Origin: Candidatus Bathyarchaeota archaeon
Lineage (GTDB): Archaea; Thermoproteota; Bathyarchaeia; TCS64
NCBI GenBank assembly: GCA_043826455.1
Contig: JBDRQD010000015.1
Coordinates: 128,001 to 192,000, forward strand
Direction of reading: 5' to 3'
Length of the DNA: 64,000 nucleotides
The notes beneath the pieces are model-generated. The model was not told the DNA's origin, made no database searches, and was given only the letters and a program-made list of their open reading frames with translations. The translations under genes and the position numbers were made by a program. Positions 8,230-18,667 of the stretch are shown here, piece after piece. The stretch's first letter is position 1; each line of letters opens with the position of its first letter.

Positions 8230-9549
8230 TCAGAGGGCCTTCTTCTCCGCCTCGCCTATGGACTTGTCCAGCAGGGCCACGATCTCGTCTATCTGCTTCT
8301 TGTCCACGATGAGGGGCGGGGCCACCTGGATGTGGTCGCCCCTGACGCCGTCTACGGTGCCCGAGCCTGGGTAGACTAGGAGCCCGTTCTCGAAGCACCT
8401 GTCCACGACTCTGCCGTTGTACCTGTGCTTGGGGTCGAAGGGCTCCTTGGTATCCTTGTCCTTGACGAACTCGATGCCGGCGAAGACGCCCATGCCCCGG
8501 ATGTTGCCCACGGAGGGGTGGTCGTAGAGGTCGGCAAGCTTCCTGTGGAGGTACTTGCCGTTCTCGGCTGAACGCTCCACAAGCCTGTGCTTCACCGTGT
8601 ATTCCAGTACAGCGGCCCCGGCCGCGCAGACCACCGGGTGGCTGCCGTAGGTGTGGCCGTGGGCGAAGGGCTCACCGAAGGCCTCGTAGACCCTGTCGCT
8701 GGCTATGGTGGCGCCCAGGGGCAGGTAGCCGCCGGCCAGGCCCTTGGCCGTGGCGATTATGTCCGGTTTGACGCCCCAGTGGTCCAGGCCCCATTTTTTG
8801 CCGGTGCGGCCCAGGCCTGTCATCACCTCGTCGGCGATGAATAGGACGCCGTGTCTGTCGCAGGTCTCCCGGATGAGCTGGAAGTAGCCCTCCGGGGCGG
8901 GGACGGTGCCCAGGGTGGCGCCCACCACGGGTTCCGCGATGAAGGCTGAGACGTGCTCGGGGCCCTGGGCCCTGATCTCGGTGTCCAGGGCCCTGGCGCA
9001 GTCCAGGTCGCATGTGTCCCTGGTCTTCCCGTAGGGGCACCTGTAGCAGTAGGCCGGGGGTATGTGGGGGAAGTCTATGAGCATGGGGACGTAGCGGCGG
9101 CGGCGAGCGATGTTGCCGCTCATGCTGAGGCTGCCCAGGGTGTTGCCGTGGTAGCTCTGCCACCTGGCCACCACCTTGTAGCGCTTGGGCTCGTTGGTGA
9201 GCAGATAGTACTGGCGCGCCATCTTGGCCGCCGCCTCCGTGGCCTCGGAGCCCCCGCTGCAGAAGTAGACGTGGCCCAGGCCCTCTGGGGCGAAGGCCGC
9301 AAGCCTGTCGGCGCACTCCTTCACGGACCTGGTGATGAAGTGGCTGCTGTGGACGTAGCTCACCTCGTCCATCTGGCGCTTGACGGCGTCCGTCACCTCC
9401 TTGACGCCGTGGCCTATGTTTACGCATATGGGGCCGCTGCTGCCGTCGATGTACCTGCGGCCGTCCCGGTCCCAGAGGTATATGCCCTCGCCTTTCACCA
9501 TCTCGTAGAGGTGGTCGGCTCCCCTGGAGAATACGTGTTGACTTGACAT
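8230..9549 (-). CDS. Class-III PLP aminotransferase (BioA/omega-amino acid-like)
   Basis: SGGSEA, SYHGNT, EPVVGAT, DEVMTGLGRTG, AKGL, HGHTY. Confidence 0.9.
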   Translation of the reverse strand: MSSQHVFSRGADHLYEMVKGEGIYLWDRDGRRYIDGSSGPICVNIGHGVKEVTDAVKRQMDEVSYVHSSHFITRSVKECADRLAAFAPEGLGHVYFCSGGSEATEAAAKMARQYYLLTNEPKRYKVVARWQSYHGNTLGSLSMSGNIARRRRYVPMLIDFPHIPPAYCYRCPYGKTRDTCDLDCARALDTEIRAQGPEHVSAFIAEPVVGATLGTVPAPEGYFQLIRETCDRHGVLFIADEVMTGLGRTGKKWGLDHWGVKPDIIATAKGLAGGYLPLGATIASDRVYEAFGEPFAHGHTYGSHPVVCAAGAAVLEYTVKHRLVERSAENGKYLHRKLADLYDHPSVGNIRGMGVFAGIEFVKDKDTKEPFDPKHRYNGRVVDRCFENGLLVYPGSGTVDGVRGDHIQVAPPLIVDKKQIDEIVALLDKSIGEAEKKAL

Positions 9550-9622
9550 GGAGTAGACTCGGGGTGGGGGGACTTAACGGTAGCGACTGCGGAAAAATGA
9601 AAAGCGTGGTCGCCTCTACTTC

Positions 9623-10582
9623 ATGGGATACTTTATGATTGAAGGAGTCAAGCGCGTAGCCCTCGTGGGCTCAGGCCTCATAGGCCAGGGCTGGGCGGCC
9701 CTCTTCGCCCTCAACGGTTACAGCGTCGTGATGCAGGACCTGTCAGAGGAGAGGCTGGGGGAAGCCAAAGCTAGGGCTGTCCACCACATCGGCACTCTGG
9801 TTGACGCGGGTCTGGGTAAGAACGCTAGGGCGGCGGCTAAGCGGCTGGAGACCACCACGAGCCTGGGGGAGGCGCTGGAGGGCGCCGACTACGTACAGGA
9901 GTCAGTCTTTGAGAGTCTGAGCGTCAAGTGTCCGCTGTACGCCGAGATGGATAGGCTCGCTCCCAGGGACGTTGTGCTCGCTAGCAGTACAAGCGGTCTG
10001 CTCATGACGGACATAGCTCGCGACATGAGGATGCATCCGGAAAGGGCCATCGTGGCTCACCCCTGGAACCCGGTGCACCTTGTGCCCCTCGTGGAACTCA
10101 GTCCTGGGAAGAAGACCGGCGCTAAAACCATCGAGACGACTTACAAGGTCATGGAGGACATCGGCCGCGTCCCCGTTGTGCTCAAGAAGGAGGCCCCCGG
10201 ATTCATAGCCAACAGGCTGAGCGCCGTCCTGTGGAGGGAGGCCCTGAACCTGGTGGACCAGGGGGTGGCCACGGTTGAGGACGTGGACAAGGCGCTCAGG
10301 GCAGGCCCCGGCATCAGGTGGGCGATAATGGGCCCCTACATGACGTACCACCTGGGGGGCGGTAAGGGAGGCATCGAGTACCTGATGAGGCACATCGGCG
10401 TCAGCAAGTCCAAGTGGATGGAGACCATGGCCACGTGGACGGAGACCCCTGAGTCGGTTGTCCAGAAGGCCATCGACGGGGTGGACGAGATGGTGGGCGG
10501 CAAGAGCTTGGAGGAGCTGGAGGCTTGGAGAGATAGGTATCTCCTGGAGCTGAACAAGCTCCTCTGGAGCCCCAAGAAGTAG
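9623..10582 (+). CDS. 3-hydroxyacyl-CoA dehydrogenase family (lambda-crystallin/carnitine dehydrogenase-like)
   Basis: GSGLIG, QESVFE, SSTSG, HPWNP, GFIANRL. Confidence 0.85.
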   Translation: MGYFMIEGVKRVALVGSGLIGQGWAALFALNGYSVVMQDLSEERLGEAKARAVHHIGTLVDAGLGKNARAAAKRLETTTSLGEALEGADYVQESVFESLSVKCPLYAEMDRLAPRDVVLASSTSGLLMTDIARDMRMHPERAIVAHPWNPVHLVPLVELSPGKKTGAKTIETTYKVMEDIGRVPVVLKKEAPGFIANRLSAVLWREALNLVDQGVATVEDVDKALRAGPGIRWAIMGPYMTYHLGGGKGGIEYLMRHIGVSKSKWMETMATWTETPESVVQKAIDGVDEMVGGKSLEELEAWRDRYLLELNKLLWSPKK

Positions 10583-10628
10583 CCCCCTCTCCAGTTTTTG
10601 AATATACACTCTTATCTTCTGAGCACAG

Positions 10629-11243
10629 TTGAGCAACGTGAGCTACATGGTTAAGGCCAAGTTTTCGGGTGGTCCCCCGTTCTTCGACGTTGTGGAGCAG
10701 AGGGTCAGCGTCAGGAAGTACAAGCCGGACCCGGTGCCCCAGGAGCACCTGGACATGATCCTGGACGCGGCGAGGCTGGCCCCCAACTCGGGCAATCAGC
10801 AGGCCTGCAGGTACCTGGTGGTCAGGGACCGGGGGAAGCTGGAGGCCCTCAAGGAGGACAGCATCAGGCACAGGATGCGGTGGCTCGAGGAGGAGGGCTA
10901 TGATGTGCCCGAGGAGAGCGAGCTCAGGGAGCGATACGATGACGTGTTCAGCGCCCCTGTCTACGTCTTGGTGCTGGTGGACAAGACCGTGAGGTACGAG
11001 GGCTACACGGACATGGATGGCAGCCTGGCCGCGGGCCACATAATGCTGGCCGCCCGGGCCCTTGGCTACGGTACAGTGTTCTACTCGGGCTCCGTCACTG
11101 AGGAGCTGTGCAGGAAGCACTTCGGGATACCCGAGAAGTATAAGCGGGTCTGCATGATACCCATTGGGGTGCCCGTGGAGTGGCCGGAGAGTAGGAAGAG
11201 GCTGTCTCTGAAGAAGTTGGTCTTCTACGAGAAGATCACGTGA
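10629..11243 (+). CDS. Nitroreductase family protein
   Basis: RVSVRKY, LAPNSGNQQ, MLAARALGYGT. Confidence 0.85.
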   Translation: MSNVSYMVKAKFSGGPPFFDVVEQRVSVRKYKPDPVPQEHLDMILDAARLAPNSGNQQACRYLVVRDRGKLEALKEDSIRHRMRWLEEEGYDVPEESELRERYDDVFSAPVYVLVLVDKTVRYEGYTDMDGSLAAGHIMLAARALGYGTVFYSGSVTEELCRKHFGIPEKYKRVCMIPIGVPVEWPESRKRLSLKKLVFYEKIT

Positions 11244-11308
11244 CGGACGAGAAGCCTCTAGCTTTTTTCAGCGAAAAGCATTTTGAGTCTTAAGAGCCAG
11301 TAGGAACC

Positions 11309-12325
11309 ATGAAGTTCATCGAGGAGGGCCGGGGGGAGCTCCTGGGCTGGATGCACCCCGACGACGCCCGTGCATGGATGGCCGAGCATAAGAGCCGGGG
11401 CCTGGATGATAAGCGGACCACCATTACCGACGCCGTCCACAGGTTCACCAGGGACGGCGACTACTTCGCCATGGGGGGCTTCGGCCACATCAGGTTCAGC
11501 ATGGTTGCCATCCACGAGATGATACGCAGAGGCCGCACAGGGATGGCCATAGCCGGCAAAACGGCTGTCCACGACGTGGATATCCTGATTGCCGGGGGCG
11601 TCGTGGACAGGGTGGACTGTGCTTACGCTTTCGGTCACGAGTTGAGGGGTCTGTCCCCGACGGGCCGCAGAGCCGTGGAGTCGGGCAGGGTCAAGGTGGT
11701 GGGGGAGCTTAGCAACGCCGGGTTCCAGTGGAGGTTCAAGGCCGCCGCCATGGGGCTCCCCTGGCTCCCAGCCCGGGTCATGCTGGGCACCGACACCCTC
11801 AGATATAGTTCCTCGAAGGTGGTGGAGGACCCGTGGACGGGGCTGCCGCTGACCCTGCTGCCGGCCTGCTACCCTGACGTGGTCTTCATCCACGTCCACA
11901 GGTGCGACAGGTACGGCAACTGCCAGATCGACGGCACCACCATCGAGGACTCAGACCTGGCCCGGGCGGCCAAGAGGCTCATAGTCACCACCGAGAGGAT
12001 CGTGCCCGAGGACGAGATCAGGGCCCACCCCGACAGGACAGCCATACCCCACTTCCTGGTGGACGCCGTGGTGGAGGCCCCTTACGGCAGCCACCCGGGC
12101 AACATGCCGGGCCTCTACTACAGTGACGAGGATCATATGGCTGAGTGGCTGTATATGACCCGTAGCGACGAAGGGGTCCAGAAGTACTTGGACAAGTACG
12201 TTTACGGGGTCACCGAGTTCAGCGATTACATAGAGCTGGTGGGCGGCGAGGAGAAGATGAGGTACCTTGAGAAGCTGGAGCGCCTTGAGGTGCTCTTCGA
12301 GGCGCCCTGGGCCAGGAGGGGATAG
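11309..12325 (+). CDS. Family I CoA-transferase subunit A (glutaconate CoA-transferase-like)
   Basis: AMGGF, AAAMGLPWLP, PDVVFIHVHRCDRYGN, VDAVVEAPYGSHP. Confidence 0.88.
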   Translation: MKFIEEGRGELLGWMHPDDARAWMAEHKSRGLDDKRTTITDAVHRFTRDGDYFAMGGFGHIRFSMVAIHEMIRRGRTGMAIAGKTAVHDVDILIAGGVVDRVDCAYAFGHELRGLSPTGRRAVESGRVKVVGELSNAGFQWRFKAAAMGLPWLPARVMLGTDTLRYSSSKVVEDPWTGLPLTLLPACYPDVVFIHVHRCDRYGNCQIDGTTIEDSDLARAAKRLIVTTERIVPEDEIRAHPDRTAIPHFLVDAVVEAPYGSHPGNMPGLYYSDEDHMAEWLYMTRSDEGVQKYLDKYVYGVTEFSDYIELVGGEEKMRYLEKLERLEVLFEAPWARRG

Positions 12326-12326
12326 C

Positions 12327-13091
12327 TTGGAGTACAACGCCACTGAGCTCATGGCCTGCGTCGCCAGCAGAGTCCTCGAAGACAAGAAATCCGTGTTCGT
12401 GGGCACAGGGCTGCCCCTAGTTGCCAGCATGCTCGCCCAGAGGCTGCACGCCCCGGAGCTGCTGCTGGTCTTCGAGGCTGGGGGCATAGGCCCCAAGCTG
12501 CCCATGATCCCCATCAGCGTTGGGGACAGCCGCACCTTCCACAAGGCCGTTATGGCTGCCAGCATGGACTACGTCATGGGGATGGCTCAGGCTGGGCTGG
12601 TGGACTACGGGTTCCTGGGGGCCGCCCAGATCGACATGTACGGGAACCTGAACACCACGATCATAGGGGCCTACGACAAGCCCAAGGTCAGGTTGCCGGG
12701 GAGCGGCGGCGCCAACGATGTGGGCAGCCTCTGCGGCCGTACCATCATACTGATGAGGCATGACAAGATCAGGTTCGTGAACAAGCTGGACTTCCTCACC
12801 ACGCCGGGGTACCTCACCGGCCCTGGGGCCAGGGAGAGGGCGGGTCTACCCAGGAACACGGGGCCCTACAGGGTGATCACGCAGCTGGCTGTGCTGGGCT
12901 TCGACGACGAGACCAAGGCGATGAAGCTGCTGTCGGTCCACCCCGGCATATCGGTGGAGGACGTGGTTGGCAACACCAGCTTCAGCCTCGTAGTCCCGGA
13001 GAAGGTGGGGGTCACCCAGGCGCCGTCGCCGGAGGAGCTGAAGCTCCTCAGAGAGGAGATCGACCCCGCTGGCGTAGTCATAGGGGGATAG
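12327..13091 (+). CDS. Family I CoA-transferase subunit B
   Basis: FVGTGLP, catalytic FEAG, AQIDMYGNLN, LPGSGGAND; TTG start at 12327 just after the subunit A stop. Confidence 0.88.
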   Translation: MEYNATELMACVASRVLEDKKSVFVGTGLPLVASMLAQRLHAPELLLVFEAGGIGPKLPMIPISVGDSRTFHKAVMAASMDYVMGMAQAGLVDYGFLGAAQIDMYGNLNTTIIGAYDKPKVRLPGSGGANDVGSLCGRTIILMRHDKIRFVNKLDFLTTPGYLTGPGARERAGLPRNTGPYRVITQLAVLGFDDETKAMKLLSVHPGISVEDVVGNTSFSLVVPEKVGVTQAPSPEELKLLREEIDPAGVVIGG

Positions 13092-14579
13092 TTGATGAAG
13101 AAACTGAGGTTGGGTGTCGCGGGGTTCAGCCACGAGACCATCACGTTCTGGCCGGGGCTGACGACCCTCGCGGACTTTGAGAGGGACGCCGCCTACGGGC
13201 AGGCTGTGCTGGATAATGCGCGGGGCACCAACACTTGCATCAGGGGCTTCATGGAGGTATGCGAGGCCGAGGGCGTGGAGCTGGTGCCAATCCTCAATGC
13301 CTCGGGTGGAGCCACGGAGACCGTGGCTGACGAGGTGTACGACCACTACGTGCCCCTGATGAGGAAGGGCTTCAGGGGCATGAGGGACGGAATCGACGGC
13401 GTCCTGCTGAGCCTCCACGGCGCCATGGCCACGGAGAGCAGGCAGGACCCTGAGACGGACGCCGTCCGGGAGATCAGGGAGGAGATAGGATACGAGATAC
13501 CGGTCATGGTGACCTTGGACCTCCACGCCAACAAGGACGAGGCCCTGCTAAAGGAGGCGACTGCTGTCTTCGGGTTCCAGAGCAGCCCCCACGTGGACAT
13601 GAGGAACACGGGCGTTAGGGCGGCCCGCGCCATGGTGAGGACGCTGCGCAGCGAGATCAAACCATCCATGGCTCTAAAAAAGCCAGGGATCGTTGTGCCA
13701 AGCGTCTTCAGCGCCACCACTGTCAGCCCAGCCAAGGACATCATCGACCGGGTGCGCGTCTGGGAGCGAGAGCCGGGCGTAGTGGACGTCACGGCCCTAT
13801 TCGGGTTCGCCTGGGCCGATGTCAGGCCCCTGGGCATGGGCCTGGTGGCCGTCACCGACGACGACCCTGAGCTGGCCCAGAGGATCGTGGACGACCTGGC
13901 GGAGCTGGCGCTAAGCAAGCGGAGGGAGCTCACCGGCAGGAAGGAGGCGTCCCTCTACAGCGTAGAGGCGGGGGTCAGGCTGGCCCTGAGGAAGGCGGAG
14001 GGGGCCCGGAAGCCTATGGTGATCCTGGACCACGCGGACAGGAGCAACGACACCACCTTCGTCCTCAGGGAGCTGCTGAAGCAGAAGGCGGAGAAGACGG
14101 CTGTGCCTATGATATACGACCCCGAGTCAGCCAAGAAATGCGTCGAGGCTGGGGTTGGGGCCGCCGTCGAGCTGGACGTGGGCGCCACCACAGGCTGGAG
14201 GGACGGAGGAAAGCTCCGGGTCAAGGGTAAGGTGCTGTGGGCGGGGGAGGGCAGGTACAAGGGCACCGGCCCCATGAGGGTGAACCAGGACATCAACCTG
14301 GGCCCAACCGGCATCATCCAGGTGGGCGGGGTCTGGCTGCAACTCATATCCCGGCAGAGCAGCCTCATCGACGACGACCCGATAAAGCAGTTCGGGTACA
14401 GGCCCCAGGACTTCCGGGTCATCGTCTCCAAGAGCAAGACCCACTTCAGGGCCGTCTACGAGGTGATAGGCGAGGAGATCATAATAGTGGATGCTCCGGG
14501 CCAGTGTCCCGCGGACCTGAGCGTCTTCCAGTACAGGAACGTGCCGCCGGGCGTCTACCCGGTCACCCTCCGCGACTAG
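13092..14579 (+). CDS. M81 metallopeptidase (MlrC family)
   Basis: HETITF, LSLHGAM, TLDLHAN, PHVD, KSKTHFRA. Confidence 0.88.
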   Translation: MMKKLRLGVAGFSHETITFWPGLTTLADFERDAAYGQAVLDNARGTNTCIRGFMEVCEAEGVELVPILNASGGATETVADEVYDHYVPLMRKGFRGMRDGIDGVLLSLHGAMATESRQDPETDAVREIREEIGYEIPVMVTLDLHANKDEALLKEATAVFGFQSSPHVDMRNTGVRAARAMVRTLRSEIKPSMALKKPGIVVPSVFSATTVSPAKDIIDRVRVWEREPGVVDVTALFGFAWADVRPLGMGLVAVTDDDPELAQRIVDDLAELALSKRRELTGRKEASLYSVEAGVRLALRKAEGARKPMVILDHADRSNDTTFVLRELLKQKAEKTAVPMIYDPESAKKCVEAGVGAAVELDVGATTGWRDGGKLRVKGKVLWAGEGRYKGTGPMRVNQDINLGPTGIIQVGGVWLQLISRQSSLIDDDPIKQFGYRPQDFRVIVSKSKTHFRAVYEVIGEEIIIVDAPGQCPADLSVFQYRNVPPGVYPVTLRD

Positions 14580-14616
14580 CTCACATATTATATTCTCTGA
14601 GGCTTAGGTTGACTCG

Positions 14617-15465
14617 GTGGACGGATTGGATAAGCTTACGGTTCCCAGGCTCAGGAAGATGAAGGCGGGGGGCGAGAAGATCACCATGGTCACCGCCTAC
14701 GACTACCCGTCCGCGCTTCTGGCGGACAGGGCCGGCATCGACATGCTGCTGGTGGGGGACAGCCTTGGCATGGTGGTTCTCGGCTACCCCAACCCGGTGC
14801 AGGTGACTGTGGACGACATAGTCCACCATACCAGGCCCGTGGCCAGGGCCGTTAAACGCGCCCTGGTGGTGGCGGACATGCCCTTCATGAGCTACCATGT
14901 GAGCAGAGAGCAGACAGTATCCAACGCGGCCCGCCTCATCCAGGAGGGGGGAGCCGACGCCGTGAAGCTGGAGGGGGGCAAGCAGATGGCCCCCACGGTA
15001 AAGGAGATCGTGGACGTGGGGATACCCGTCCAGGCCCACATAGGGCTGATGCCTCAACGGGCCTCGGTGGGCGATACCTTCAAGGTGCAAGGTAAGACGG
15101 CGGAGACGGCGCAGGCCATCCTGGAGGACGCCCTGGCCCTGGAGGCGGCGGGGGCCTTCTCGGTGGTCCTGGAGTTCGTCACAGCGGAGGCGGCTCAGCT
15201 GATAACGGAGCTGCTGGAGATGCCCACCATCGGCATCGGGTCGGGGGCGGGCTGCGACGGCCAGGTGCTCATACTACATGACCTGCTGGGGGTCTACGAC
15301 CAGGCGCCGCCCTTCGTCAAGCCCTACGCGGACCTTAACAAGGTGATAACGGAGGCGCTGATCGGCTACAGGGACGATGTGAGGTCAGCTAGGTACCCGG
15401 GCGAGGAGTACACGGTGCACATGGAGTCCGGGGAGGCCCGGAAGCTGAAGAAGGTGAGAGGCTAA
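14617..15465 (+). CDS. panB: 3-methyl-2-oxobutanoate hydroxymethyltransferase
   Basis: TAYDY, LVGDSLGM, DMPFMSY, VKLEGG, GIGSGAGCDGQVL. Confidence 0.95.
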   Translation: MDGLDKLTVPRLRKMKAGGEKITMVTAYDYPSALLADRAGIDMLLVGDSLGMVVLGYPNPVQVTVDDIVHHTRPVARAVKRALVVADMPFMSYHVSREQTVSNAARLIQEGGADAVKLEGGKQMAPTVKEIVDVGIPVQAHIGLMPQRASVGDTFKVQGKTAETAQAILEDALALEAAGAFSVVLEFVTAEAAQLITELLEMPTIGIGSGAGCDGQVLILHDLLGVYDQAPPFVKPYADLNKVITEALIGYRDDVRSARYPGEEYTVHMESGEARKLKKVRG

Positions 15466-15773
15466 ACCTCAGGGTGCTGTGGCCGTACCTTTAACACCTA
15501 ATATCTAGGTAGCTTTTACAAGGGTCTTGTATTATCCTTATTTTCTGGTCTCCATGAGCTGAGGAAAAAGCTGAGCCCCCGAGAGGGGGGGGGGTAGAGC
15601 GAGATAAACCGGAAACGGCCGCCTCGCGCCAAAAGGAGGCAGGGAAACGCGCCTTATCGATCCCATTCTATGCAAAAACGCCGTCCATTCCACACAGAAA
15701 CACGGCTCATTCAGCACATCAAACACGCCACATCAGAGAACCGGAGTTGAAAAAATTTAGGAGGACGGTAACG

Positions 15774-16619
15774 CTAGTCAACGTAGCACTCGGGCACAGG
15801 GATGGTCTTCCACAGCTTTATGAAGTCCACTAGGAACTGGGTGGCCTCCTCAGCCATGGTGGCCGCCTCCTTGACGTCCGCCTTCCTTGGGTCACTGGTG
15901 GCGTACTGGCCTGTGCGGGTGATGTCCTCCGTGTTGGGGCCCAGACATGCGTTGAAGACCTGGCTCACCAGCTCATAGTCCTCTCTGTCCGGATTCATGT
16001 ACTCCTGGAGCTGCTCCGATATGACGACGCCGTTCTCCCAGTCGTCCAGCCTCCACTTCTCCACAAGCTCGGGGAAGTAGTGGAGGGCGAAGGCCGTCTC
16101 CCTGGGGCCGCTGTGAACCTCGAAGTACCGTTTCATCCGGTCCTGTATCTTCTTGGCGGTCTCTGTGCTGCTTGGGCCGTGGGGCGTGGCCACCATGACC
16201 CTGTACTCGCGTTTTGCTATCTGGGCGGCCAGCTTCATTATGTTGTCGTTGCCGCCGTGGTAGTTGATGAGCACTATCCGCTTGACGCCATGCTGGGCGA
16301 AGCTCTCTATGGTGTCCAGCAGAATGTTGAGGAGGGTCTCGGCGCTGAAGGTGACCGTGCCAGGGAACGCCATGTGGTGGGGGCTGTACCCGGGCCAGCA
16401 TGGGTGGATGCAGACGCTGTTGGTGCGGCTGGCCACATCGTGGATGAACCTGGCCACCCCGAGGCTGTCCGTGCCCAGGGGCAGGTGTGTGCCGTGCTGC
16501 TCTATGGCCCCGATGCCGACTATGACGACGGGGGCGGGCTCGTGTTCCAGCCAGTCTTCGAAAGCCGGCCGGGTTAGTTCCTGTACCCAGAACCTGCTGA
16601 GTTTACCGTTCTCAGACAT
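15774..16619 (-). CDS. Creatininase/creatinine amidohydrolase family protein
   Basis: EQHGTHLPLGTD, SPHHMAFPGT, NYHGGN, HSGPRET. Confidence 0.88.
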   Translation of the reverse strand: MSENGKLSRFWVQELTRPAFEDWLEHEPAPVVIVGIGAIEQHGTHLPLGTDSLGVARFIHDVASRTNSVCIHPCWPGYSPHHMAFPGTVTFSAETLLNILLDTIESFAQHGVKRIVLINYHGGNDNIMKLAAQIAKREYRVMVATPHGPSSTETAKKIQDRMKRYFEVHSGPRETAFALHYFPELVEKWRLDDWENGVVISEQLQEYMNPDREDYELVSQVFNACLGPNTEDITRTGQYATSDPRKADVKEAATMAEEATQFLVDFIKLWKTIPVPECYVD

Positions 16620-16737
16620 GGTTCAATGAGGGCGTGTGGCGTTTTAATAGTTATGACCCGCTTCTCCTCGAAAGTAATGACAATATTCCTGACCGATAAG
16701 CCTAATATGAGCTTCCCTGAAGCATTAAAGAGGAATA

Positions 16738-18603
16738 TTGACTGACTCACTGAAGCAGTTCATGGATGAAAGGAGCCTGAAGAAGCTCAGGGCTCTCGGT
16801 AATCCCCACGTGGAGGAGCAGCTCCTCAGGTTCATAAAGCTCTGTAAACCCGTCAAGGTCACCGTCCTCGACGAGTCCAAGAAGGACGTGGAGTATGTCC
16901 GCAAGCTGGCCCTGAGCACCGGCGAGGAGACGCCTCTGAAGCTGAAGGGCCACACCATCCACTTCGACGGACCCAACGACCTGGCCCGGGACAAGGGCTC
17001 GACCAAGGTGCTGACGCCCCCAGGCATGAAGCTGAGTGCCAACATCAACACCACTGACCGGGAGGGGGGCCTCAAAGAGGTGCTGAGCCTCATGGACGGC
17101 GCCATGGAGGGCAAGGAGATGCTTGTCAAGTTCTACAGCCTGGGCCCCACGGGCAGCAGGTTCAGCCTGTGCGCCCTCCAGGTCACAGACAGCAGCTACG
17201 TCGCCCACAGTGAGGACCTCCTATACCGGCAGGGCTACGAACAGTTCAAGGCGCTGAAGGGGTCCAAGGACTTCTTCACCTTCGTACACTCGGCTGGGGA
17301 GCTGACGGAGACCAACGTGACCAAGAACGTCCAGGACCGCCGCATCTACATCGACGTGGTGGACGGAAAGGTGTACAGCGTCAACAACCAGTACGCCGGC
17401 AACAGCGTCGGCCTCAAGAAGCTGGCCCTGCGTCTGGCCGTCTACAAGGCTAACCACGAGGACTGGCTCAGTGAGCATATGCTGGTTATGGGCATCCATC
17501 CACCCGGCAAGAAACGGGTCACCTACTTCACCGGCGCATACCCCTCGGCCTGCGGCAAGACCAGCACAGCCATGATCCCCGGGCAGAGCATAGTAGGCGA
17601 CGACATCGCCTACCTCAAGGAGGACCCGGAGGGCTACTGCAGGGCGGTGAACATCGAGCAGGGAATCTTCGGAATCATCCAGGACGTAAACCCCGATGAC
17701 GACCCCGTCATATACAACGCCTTGACCACGCCCCGGGAGCTCATCTTCAGCAACATACTCATCACGGACGGCGTCCCCTACTGGCTCGGCATGGGCAAGG
17801 AGCCCCCGGAGAAGGGCGTCAACTACCAGGGCGAGTGGCACGTGGGGCTCAAGGACAAGGAAGGCGTCGAGGTGCCCTACGCCCACCCCAACGCCAGGTA
17901 CACCATGAGGCTCAGCGAGCTTGAGAACGTTGACCCCAGGTACAACGACCCCGAGGGCGTCCGCGTCCACGGCGTCTTCTACGGCGGCAGGGACAGCGAC
18001 ACCAACCCACCCATATCGGAGGCCCTCAGCTGGAACCACGGAGCATACATGGGCGCCACTCTGGAGTCCGAGACCACCACCGCCACCATAGGCAAGACAG
18101 GCGTCCGAAAGCAAGACCCCATGGCCAACATCGACTTCGTGGTCGTCCCCCTCGGCCTATACATATCCAACCACATAAAGTTCGGCAGGAAACTCAGACA
18201 CGTGCCCAGGGTCTACAGCACCAACTACTTCCTCAGACACGAGGGCAAGTACACCAACACCAAGCTGGACAAGAAGATATGGGTCATCTGGGCCGAGGGC
18301 AGAGTCAACGGAGAGTACAAGGCCATAAAGACACCCGTAGGCCACCTGCCCCTCCACGAGGACCTGAGAAGGCTGTTCAAGCTGGTCTTCGACAGAGACT
18401 ACACCAAGGCAGAGTACGAGCAGCAGTTTAGCGTCCGCATCGACAAGTACCTGGAGAAGCACACACGGATGACCGAGCTCTACAGGAACGAGACCGGGAT
18501 GCCCCAAGAGTTCTGGGACGAGCACAGCCGCATCAAGAAGGAGCTGGAGGCGCTGAAGGCCAAGACGGGCAAGAGCGTCCTACCCCCCGGCTACTTCTCT
18601 TAA
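16738..18603 (+). CDS. pckG: Phosphoenolpyruvate carboxykinase (GTP)
   Basis: YAGNSVGLKK, EHM, PSACGKTS, VGDDIAY, HPNARY, YGGRD. Confidence 0.93.
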   Translation: MTDSLKQFMDERSLKKLRALGNPHVEEQLLRFIKLCKPVKVTVLDESKKDVEYVRKLALSTGEETPLKLKGHTIHFDGPNDLARDKGSTKVLTPPGMKLSANINTTDREGGLKEVLSLMDGAMEGKEMLVKFYSLGPTGSRFSLCALQVTDSSYVAHSEDLLYRQGYEQFKALKGSKDFFTFVHSAGELTETNVTKNVQDRRIYIDVVDGKVYSVNNQYAGNSVGLKKLALRLAVYKANHEDWLSEHMLVMGIHPPGKKRVTYFTGAYPSACGKTSTAMIPGQSIVGDDIAYLKEDPEGYCRAVNIEQGIFGIIQDVNPDDDPVIYNALTTPRELIFSNILITDGVPYWLGMGKEPPEKGVNYQGEWHVGLKDKEGVEVPYAHPNARYTMRLSELENVDPRYNDPEGVRVHGVFYGGRDSDTNPPISEALSWNHGAYMGATLESETTTATIGKTGVRKQDPMANIDFVVVPLGLYISNHIKFGRKLRHVPRVYSTNYFLRHEGKYTNTKLDKKIWVIWAEGRVNGEYKAIKTPVGHLPLHEDLRRLFKLVFDRDYTKAEYEQQFSVRIDKYLEKHTRMTELYRNETGMPQEFWDEHSRIKKELEALKAKTGKSVLPPGYFS

Positions 18604-18667
18604 CCATTTTCCGAGACTCCTTTTATAGACCCCTACGGCACCATACAGGTGTCGAGGGAATTCAACC

